64,000 nt of DNA from a virus: positions 9,647 to 73,646 of the IMG/VR virus record IMGVR_UViG_3300043409_000785; one strand, 5' to 3'. Shown here piece after piece: positions 57,103 through 64,000 of the stretch. A program made the translations under genes and the position numbers. Below the pieces are notes generated by a model. The model was not told where the DNA came from. It did not search any database and saw only the letters and a program-made list of their open reading frames with translations. Each line of letters starts with the position of its first letter. Positions within the stretch are counted from its first letter, which is position 1.

Positions 57103-59538
57103 TTATTGAGTTGGGGAAAGCAAACTGCGAAGGTAAGCACATTCTAACGCCAGAGCCTCTTCATACCGAATGCCATACACGTTGCCTGCAGCTTGGTATG
57201 GAGTCTCAATCCGTCCAGTTTTTTCGTCAACTATTTCAGCAGTTTCACCCCACTCATCATAGCAAAGTAAGCCATACGTAAAAGCATCAAGACCTTCTGA
57301 CTCAAAAGCTTCTTTAACTTTTTGGGCAACTACTCCGAAGTGCCAACGAGCACTACTACCTTTTTTAGCAACAGCATCTTTGAATTTGTATTGCTGATAT
57401 TTAACCTTTGACCAAGCACGTAAGACAGCTGCGTCAATATCCTCAATGTCCTCTTTAAGCCTCTCGTCAGATACATCAATGGTTGCAGTTGAAGCAAACA
57501 ACTGAGATACCCTGCGAGTGCTATTACCGAGGGAGTACACCCCAGACACGCTAGGGTAAAAAGAACCGGAAACCTCACTCAATCTCCACTCGAATGAACT
57601 AGTAAAGTCAGACGCAGGTGCTGTGTTCAAACAGAGTGTTCGTCCATTTTTAGCACAATAAATGGTGTTTGAGCTTGACGTATAAATTGCACCGGCAAGT
57701 GAGCTACCAACCTTCTGCTCATACCCGTAGTACCCACTGCCAAACGAGACAGAGTAGCCAGCATAACCATCAACAGGGGTTGACTGTACAGTGCCACTAG
57801 GGTTGAAGGACACATTTGGGGTTTGGCTTGACCACGCTGGTTTGGGGAACCCAAGCGACAACTTCATTGGGATGTACGTAGTACTCTGCTCAAAACCAGT
57901 GCTTGCAGTTCCAACTTGAGCTAAGACGCTCAAACCCTTTACCCATGCACCACCAAACGATCCCCAAAACGTGTCAGCGTAGATATTGTCTCCTGGCAGC
58001 GTATTTCCATGAGATCCAACTACCCCAGAAGTGGATCGTAAAAGTATTCTGCCAGATTCACTGCCGCTAGAGGCGCTAAAACACGTATGCAGAGATTTTG
58101 AATTAGTTTCAGTACTACCATGATACTGAAACTTAGGATACGCGCCTTCAGGCTCCTGCAGTAAAGTAGCGTAATCACCGACTGTTAGCGTTGGGATGTA
58201 CTCGATTGGCCGATTAGCAATAAAACTATCTTGGTTCTGTCCCGAACCAAAGAGATAAATCTTGTTACGTGGTAGGGCAGTAGAGTCACCGGACAAAGAA
58301 AAGGCAATACACGGAGTAGAGTTACCCTCAATCTTCACAAAATCAAGAGATTCAATTTCCCAGTGTGTGCCTGGCTGATTAACATTGATAGCTGCTTGAC
58401 CTGGGTTAAATTGAGAGACATCAAAAACAATATTGCCGTTGATGTCCTGAACAGTGAGACGCCCAGGATCTTTATTTGTACTAATGTTTCCTGTCGTGTA
58501 CAGGTACTGCCCATCAAAACCGTGGGCCTGCAGCTGGGTCACATGGTCATCACGATTGAGTGTGAGTGTGCGTTCAACAAGCGACGATACATCTCCAGGC
58601 CCATGAGCAATAACAGCTGACAGCAAGAAGAACAAATTATAAATTACTGAGCCTGTGCGCTTCTGCCAAACAATGTATTTCTGATCATAGCTAATGGACA
58701 CCTTGCCATTACCCAACGAGCTAAACTTGTAGTAATCAAACGTAGGTACGCCTCCTGGCGTGTACGTAAAACGAACGCTATAACCAGCAACATTGGAGTC
58801 TGTCCACAGTTTACCCGTAGCACGTTCTACTGCACACCCGCTATGTCCAATAACGTCACTGGCCGGTTGGTAGTCAAGTGCAGTAAGTTCACCAGGAGCA
58901 CCCATTGCGTAGCGAGTGATGATGCCAGCTTCCGCCGTAGTAATACCCACCTTGTTGTTGTGCATGTAAATATAGCTACGCTGTTCGTCAAAACCATTGC
59001 TTTGACTAAGCGAAGCAGCACTATTAGCTGGGTGTGGGATCAACGTCCAATACGGAGTTTTCCAGGAATTGTCTGCAGCTAGCGAAGCTAAAAGTAGAGA
59101 CTTACTCTGAACAAGCTCAAGACTTGTATCGGTAGATTCTGCAAAATTAGACCAAGCAGCACCATTCCACAAATATTCTTTGTCCAGCGTTGTGTTGTAG
59201 TATCTGTCGCCCTCTTGCATAGCAGAGCCATCTGGGCGGAGTGTTGGAACAGCACTTAAAGCACCGTAGAAAGTGGATTCAATTGTGTTCAATGCAGCTT
59301 CAGCAGCTTCCTTGGCAGTAGTAGCGTCAATGACTGCTTGCCCAATTTCACTAATGTTCTCTTCTACATTCAAGGCAGCGTTGCCTGCTTCAAGAATAGC
59401 TTCGGTGTTTGCAACCACATAAGCAATTTCGCCAAGCTTTCCGTAAACCTCACGAACTACGGGATAGGCATTGCCCAGCATCTTGTCCACAACAGCAGAT
59501 GCACTGCTGTTTACGTTGAAGGGGGATTGAATTCCCAT
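57103..59538 (-). CDS. Tail fibre/spike with putative beta-propeller and C-terminal S74 intramolecular chaperone
   Basis: N4-type anchor (VDKMLGNAY.VV); SDERLK...HFGVVAQ...YGIRYEE. Confidence 0.88.
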   Translation of the reverse strand: MGIQSPFNVNSSASAVVDKMLGNAYPVVREVYGKLGEIAYVVANTEAILEAGNAALNVEENISEIGQAVIDATTAKEAAEAALNTIESTFYGALSAVPTLRPDGSAMQEGDRYYNTTLDKEYLWNGAAWSNFAESTDTSLELVQSKSLLLASLAADNSWKTPYWTLIPHPANSAASLSQSNGFDEQRSYIYMHNNKVGITTAEAGIITRYAMGAPGELTALDYQPASDVIGHSGCAVERATGKLWTDSNVAGYSVRFTYTPGGVPTFDYYKFSSLGNGKVSISYDQKYIVWQKRTGSVIYNLFFLLSAVIAHGPGDVSSLVERTLTLNRDDHVTQLQAHGFDGQYLYTTGNISTNKDPGRLTVQDINGNIVFDVSQFNPGQAAINVNQPGTHWEIESLDFVKIEGNSTPCIAFSLSGDSTALPRNKIYLFGSGQNQDSFIANRPIEYIPTLTVGDYATLLQEPEGAYPKFQYHGSTETNSKSLHTCFSASSGSESGRILLRSTSGVVGSHGNTLPGDNIYADTFWGSFGGAWVKGLSVLAQVGTASTGFEQSTTYIPMKLSLGFPKPAWSSQTPNVSFNPSGTVQSTPVDGYAGYSVSFGSGYYGYEQKVGSSLAGAIYTSSSNTIYCAKNGRTLCLNTAPASDFTSSFEWRLSEVSGSFYPSVSGVYSLGNSTRRVSQLFASTATIDVSDERLKEDIEDIDAAVLRAWSKVKYQQYKFKDAVAKKGSSARWHFGVVAQKVKEAFESEGLDAFTYGLLCYDEWGETAEIVDEKTGRIETPYQAAGNVYGIRYEEALALECAYLRSLLSPTQ

Positions 59539-59540
59539 AG

Positions 59541-60251
59541 TTAGACCCATCCATTTTTATAAAATCTATTGCTGGTAACTGAAAGACTGGTGCTTACCAA
59601 GTCTTGTTCTACAGCTTCCCGACACAGAGCCTCGTACATGGACAGGTGTTCTTGTGACTTCAGGGTAGCTTCTTGAGTGTTCATTCCACTGTACACATGG
59701 TACGCGATGTAGCAACGCATAGCTTCATGCAGACAGTCTGGAAGAACAATTTCTTGTTCAGCATTATCCACTATAAGCTTGTTATGCCTAGCCTGGTAGA
59801 GAAGAATAAGAACTCTTCCTTCCACTGGTCTAGGAACTTGAAGCACATTGCCTTGTGGTGTGAACACTGACTCAGGCTGACCTTCATCATTCAAAGGGAG
59901 AGTGCAACCAAACTCGTCTTGAACTGAAAGAATACGAATCACATCTTCTGTGAAAGGTTCTCGCATCAGGTCTTTGATGTAGGTGTATGGCTGAGTAGTG
60001 GAACCAAGAAAAGAAGAAGACTCGGCAAACTTCTTGAGCAAATGGTAGTTGGTGATGTGATCTACCATCTCAATCATCAGATCGTTCTCTTTTAGAACAA
60101 ACTTGGTATGCAGCCTGAGCAATGCTTCATTCGCTGCCAAGATGATCTTGGGCTTGCTTGCTTCCAAGATAGTTCCATTGCCATCACCACCCAGAGCAAT
60201 GTTGGAAAACTTCCCGTGAGAGAGGTCTTGATAGAGTTGTTCGATGTTCAT
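59541..60251 (-). CDS. Head-tail adaptor (N4 gp67-like)
   Basis: Synteny; NEALLRLH..F.LKE, C-terminal GWV. Confidence 0.8.
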   Translation of the reverse strand: MNIEQLYQDLSHGKFSNIALGGDGNGTILEASKPKIILAANEALLRLHTKFVLKENDLMIEMVDHITNYHLLKKFAESSSFLGSTTQPYTYIKDLMREPFTEDVIRILSVQDEFGCTLPLNDEGQPESVFTPQGNVLQVPRPVEGRVLILLYQARHNKLIVDNAEQEIVLPDCLHEAMRCYIAYHVYSGMNTQEATLKSQEHLSMYEALCREAVEQDLVSTSLSVTSNRFYKNGWV

Positions 60252-60254
60252 AAT

Positions 60255-61859
60255 TTAAACGATGTAGGAGGATATACGATTGACCTCTGTGTTTTCTTCT
60301 TCTGGTTCCCAAACGTCATCCTCCTGCTTGGCCAGCTTGATGGAATCCGACGGTTTCCAGGGCATGAGAAATCCCAGCATGGAAATAGTGTCGATGCAGT
60401 CATCCTTGCCCTTCAGGCCGGAAGATGTTGCCAAGCGGATCTGCCCCATGAACAATCCCATGATGACGCTGTGTTTCATTTCCTCTGGGAAGTACATTTT
60501 TCCTGCTTTGAACCAAGGAACAACCAAATTGAAGCGGGAGAGTTTGTCCGTGATAGGACGGATACCAGGGGCACCACCCTTTTCAGTGCTGGCAAAGTTG
60601 AACCAGATATTCCGGTTCACCATTTCTTGCTGCAGCCACTTGATGAAAGCGCCTTGTTGGCCAGTGATTTCTACGCCGACTTGCTGTGGCCTGTACAGTT
60701 GAACCAAACGAAACAAGTCATTGATGGTCTTGTCCATGGTCTGCCGTTCGCAGATGCCATCTACCCAAAACCAATCACCATTTGAATTGTAAGCCCAAAC
60801 AGAAATTACTGAATAGTCTGCTGTTTGTTTTTCTGAAGTGGCAAAGTCTGTGGTGATATAAAAGTTGAATGAGCCTTGGTTGGCAATCAACTTGGCACGG
60901 TTGTACCAGCGAATTTCTGCATCCTGAACCAAGCGTTCTTCCTCAGAAGTAATCCGAAGCATCAGCTCCTGAAAGAATCCTGACAGCTTGCCGGTCTTGA
61001 CGGCCATATCGTATTGAGTTTGTATATAGTCAAAGCTGAAACGATCTTCCCAAGCACCGACAAAATCCTCACGGCTGCAGGGAAAGCGTTCACACACCGG
61101 CCAGACGTTTACATCCCAGGCACCAGACTCCACCGCTTCGATCAGGATGTCTTCCGTGTTGAAAGGTGTACCGTTGAAGATGACCTTCCTTCTCGTTGGG
61201 TCCAGCGCATGGTTCACCCCCTTGTACACCGTGTCCTTGATGGCCAGCATGGCAGCTCGGCTCTTGGAGTCATCGTCACTAACCAGATCGTCCAACACTG
61301 CAATGACAGGACGTTTGCCAAAGATCTTGGTTCCTCGCAGACCAGTTTTTGCCCCGAACATCTTGATGCCCAAACGATGCCCATCCTTGTTCTGGAACTC
61401 GATGTAGTTATCGGTAAAGACAGCCCCAGGAAGCCACTCTTTCAGGAAGTCTGAGTTGTGGTACCGAAACTCAATGTTCTTTCTGGCCGACTTCACACCG
61501 TTATCCATGGAGTCTGAGACATAGATCATGCCCTCAACTTTGCCGAACCCCGGTAAGTAACCAAACACTCCCAGGAACAGCGACAGGTATTCCATAAACA
61601 GTGTGGTCTTGGCTGCACCACGAAAGCACAGATTGGCCACATAGTCTGACGCAGCTTGGGCAACCTTGTCCAACATAGCCAGATGAACAGGTGGAGTCTT
61701 GTGAGACTCCCCTACACCTCCGTTGACCAGCTTGATGAAGTTCATGAAGATCAGTGCAAACTCACTCGGCACATAGTCTGGTGAATTCAGATAGCGGTAA
61801 TCAACGTTGTCAAGCCATACATCCAGCTCTTGCTTAATCAGAGTTCTGGGCGTACTCAT
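60255..61859 (-). CDS. terL: Terminase large subunit
   Basis: FRGAAKTT, VLDDL, GTPF, TTDFA, DDCID. Confidence 0.93.
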   Translation of the reverse strand: MSTPRTLIKQELDVWLDNVDYRYLNSPDYVPSEFALIFMNFIKLVNGGVGESHKTPPVHLAMLDKVAQAASDYVANLCFRGAAKTTLFMEYLSLFLGVFGYLPGFGKVEGMIYVSDSMDNGVKSARKNIEFRYHNSDFLKEWLPGAVFTDNYIEFQNKDGHRLGIKMFGAKTGLRGTKIFGKRPVIAVLDDLVSDDDSKSRAAMLAIKDTVYKGVNHALDPTRRKVIFNGTPFNTEDILIEAVESGAWDVNVWPVCERFPCSREDFVGAWEDRFSFDYIQTQYDMAVKTGKLSGFFQELMLRITSEEERLVQDAEIRWYNRAKLIANQGSFNFYITTDFATSEKQTADYSVISVWAYNSNGDWFWVDGICERQTMDKTINDLFRLVQLYRPQQVGVEITGQQGAFIKWLQQEMVNRNIWFNFASTEKGGAPGIRPITDKLSRFNLVVPWFKAGKMYFPEEMKHSVIMGLFMGQIRLATSSGLKGKDDCIDTISMLGFLMPWKPSDSIKLAKQEDDVWEPEEENTEVNRISSYIV

Positions 61860-62539
61860 TTCACTTCCTTGACTTCGGCTTCAATGATAGTTGCTGCAGC
61901 CACTTCCTTGGTGGACATGCCTGCTTGGATCAGTTGCTGTTGTTGCTGTGCCATCTTGGCCAGGGCATCCTTCAGCTCAGTCATGCCTGAGTTCTCTTTC
62001 ACATCCAGGTTGAGTTGAAAGTTGGTGCACTCTTTGGGCTTGGTCAGATGGGTCAGAATCGAATTGGCCGCATCACAACGTACCTTGTCCGAGGCTGAAT
62101 TGGCCATCAGGTCTGCCTGCACGTTGAGTGCCTTCTGATACAGGTCTTGGTTCAGAACCCAGCTAGGCACCAAGCTTTGTTCCATGATCAGGTTGACAAG
62201 CTTGCCTTTGTGGTAGGCAGACACGTAGGCTGAGATGTCCTTGGGTGTCGTTCCTCTAGCCACCAGATTGGCATGCCGTTGGGGGAAAGTTCTGAAGTAG
62301 GCATCCTGATTGCTGTAGCCCATGAGCTTGTAGCTCACATAAGCCACTGCATGCACGTAATCTTCAGCCTTGAACTTGCCCTCCTTGAGCACAGAGGTGT
62401 AGCTAATAAAGTTGTTCCTGACCTGCTCTGCCACCAGAGGGTCAGCAGCAATGTTGTTTAGCAGGTCTGTCAGGGGCTGAGTAGCTGCACTCTTCAAGTT
62501 GGCAGGCAATGAGCGTTCGACTTGTTCTTTGGTAAGCAT
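61856..62539 (-). CDS. Terminase small subunit (N4 gp69-like)
   Basis: Synteny; AV.YVS.KLMG, SDKVR.DAA. Confidence 0.8.
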   Translation of the reverse strand: MLTKEQVERSLPANLKSAATQPLTDLLNNIAADPLVAEQVRNNFISYTSVLKEGKFKAEDYVHAVAYVSYKLMGYSNQDAYFRTFPQRHANLVARGTTPKDISAYVSAYHKGKLVNLIMEQSLVPSWVLNQDLYQKALNVQADLMANSASDKVRCDAANSILTHLTKPKECTNFQLNLDVKENSGMTELKDALAKMAQQQQQLIQAGMSTKEVAAATIIEAEVKEVK

Positions 62540-62563
62540 GGTGAGTTTTGTTCTAAATATAGA

Positions 62564-62583
62564 AAAGGGGCAGAATGCCCCTT
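62564..62583 (-). terminator. Probable terminator
   Basis: aaggggca-gaa-tgcccctt hairpin. Confidence 0.55.
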
Positions 62584-62615
62584 GAGTGTTTAAGCCTGGA
62601 ACCAGGAAAGAAACG

Positions 62616-62897
62616 TCAGTCTGGTTGAAGGTCTAGCCATTGTTTGTAGGCCATCAATTCACGGACCAATGTATCAACCTTGAACCGCCAATCTGCCATG
62701 CTGTCGTTAGGTTGCTTGTGTAGCCTCGCACTTTGATGGCAGTCAGCTACCTCAATAAACTGAAACTTGCTGGGCTTCTCGTTCTTACGCTGCCAAGGAT
62801 TCAGCCCATCAAAGACAGTGACTGATCCCGTAGATGAATGCCCTGCTGGGTTCAACCAAGCACGGGTGCTGTAGGTTTTGATTTTTGGTTTTTTCAT
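62616..62897 (-). CDS. Hypothetical protein
   Basis: R.WLN, IEVADCH...LH motif. Confidence 0.7.
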   Translation of the reverse strand: MKKPKIKTYSTRAWLNPAGHSSTGSVTVFDGLNPWQRKNEKPSKFQFIEVADCHQSARLHKQPNDSMADWRFKVDTLVRELMAYKQWLDLQPD

Positions 62898-62937
62898 GAT
62901 GACTTGTTGTTTGTAGTTGGAACCAAGAAAGAAAGAG

Positions 62938-63684
62938 TCAGCTCACAGAGTAGCTACGCTCGAACACTTCTTTTGGGGACCAGCTGATATAGCCGGTGAA
63001 GCCTTCGACATTGGGTTTGCCACCATCAACATACTCAACCATATAACCTTCTTGATCTGGTGCAGGTTCAGCATCCCAGTTACGCAAGTTGTCGTAAGCA
63101 TGCTTGGTCATGGGAAAAGCATGAACCACTTTAGTGCCCAAGTAGGTCTTGACCGTATCGTGCTCACGACCTAACTGACACAGAATGGCACCACTGGGTT
63201 TGGGTGCCTGGTTGATCTTGTGCAGCTTCTGAGCCAGCTCGAAACCAAACATAGGCCAGAGCTTGTCGATAGCCTTTTTGCGAGTGTTTTGCTTTACCAA
63301 TTCCAACGGCATAGTGGATGCTTCTGAGATGCTATGACTAACACCTTCCACTCGCATGCCGTTCTTCAGAACCAAGACACAGAACAAAGTCCTGTCCATA
63401 CTTTTAGGCACGGACCAGCCATCCGAACTGCCTGGATACTCATGGGTACCGTGAACACCCTCAGCTGCTGTGAAATAGAACTCATGTTTAATCTCAGCCT
63501 CGATCTGCTCAATGGTCACTCGGGGTGCTGTTTGCTCCACACCGCCGACGATGGTAGGAATCGAAGCCATTGCCTCATTGAAGTGAACATCATCCCAGAA
63601 AGCTTTGGCAGTCACATCCTCAGTGACCACAACAGGCTTACCGTCAACCATCTCGTAGTGCGTTTTCAAAACTTGAGTGCTCAT
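62938..63684 (-). CDS. Two-domain protein: N4 gp49/Sf6 gp66-like domain plus a YxGTK...SWSPKxVF domain
   Basis: APRVT..IE, FCVLVLKNG..V.G, LWP..GF; YLGTKVV.A.PM...GY.VEY...YISWSPKEVFE. Confidence 0.75.
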   Translation of the reverse strand: MSTQVLKTHYEMVDGKPVVVTEDVTAKAFWDDVHFNEAMASIPTIVGGVEQTAPRVTIEQIEAEIKHEFYFTAAEGVHGTHEYPGSSDGWSVPKSMDRTLFCVLVLKNGMRVEGVSHSISEASTMPLELVKQNTRKKAIDKLWPMFGFELAQKLHKINQAPKPSGAILCQLGREHDTVKTYLGTKVVHAFPMTKHAYDNLRNWDAEPAPDQEGYMVEYVDGGKPNVEGFTGYISWSPKEVFERSYSVS

Positions 63685-64000
63685 GGTTTCGTTTCCTTCT
63701 GTAATTTCAGTTGCTAAGGTCATCAGTGTAGCTTACACTTTAGGCATACCACAACCTATTTCCTACTCTATTTCTTATATGGGAATGGGAGGGCTAGGGC
63801 TATGTTGGTTCCAAGGAACCAAAAGAAGAAAATAAAACAACAAAATCTCACATCTTTAGCGTAAGATGTACCTACGTTTTGCGACGTAGCCAGGCCAGTG
63901 GAAGGTGCTCCAACATCCACAGTCAGAGAAGTCTCCTCCTAGCTTTGATCTGACAGCAGTTCCCAGACCTGCTTTATCAAAACTGGTTTCCTTTTGTCTT

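Larger units (their letters stand above)
2434..60519. repeat. Dispersed short motif GAACCAAGGA / TCCTTGGTTC
   Basis: About 25 exact copies counted by eye plus many one-mismatch variants, both strands. Confidence 0.85.

Noticed and set aside
63725-64000. ncRNA or terminal repeat at the window end
   Set aside because: Only short hairpins; no matching repeat seen within the window, and the edge truncates the context.

Overview
The window is a large part of an N4-like (Schitoviridae-type) podophage genome. The + strand (1-27.6 kb) has small early/middle ORFs, a tRNA/ncRNA island (1.5-3.6 kb), the MoxR-AAA/vWA pair, dcd, thyA, rIIA/rIIB and the N4 replication block (helicase, family A DNA polymerase, exonuclease, primase, Sak4-like ATPase, SSB, RuvC-like resolvase). 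The - strand (27.6-63.7 kb) has a very large virion RNA polymerase (about 4460 aa), ejection and structural proteins, capsid, portal, two beta-propeller receptor-binding proteins, a lysis cassette and terminase. I did not recognise the small RNAPII subunit genes here. The most unusual observations are: (1) the DNA polymerase is split by a free-standing NUMOD4-HNH gene, and its second piece has a 6-nt insert with an in-frame stop (CCT-TAG-CTT-ACG) inside motif B, resembling the T4 gene 39-mobA-gene 60 translational-bypass arrangement; (2) four ncRNA cassettes share one hairpin-plus-long-stem scaffold; (3) the dispersed motif GAACCAAGGA occurs about 25 times exactly, on both strands and inside genes; (4) the injected vRNAP carries NADAR-like and ASCH-like cargo domains. 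All family assignments come from recognising motifs and gene order by eye; no database searches were run.
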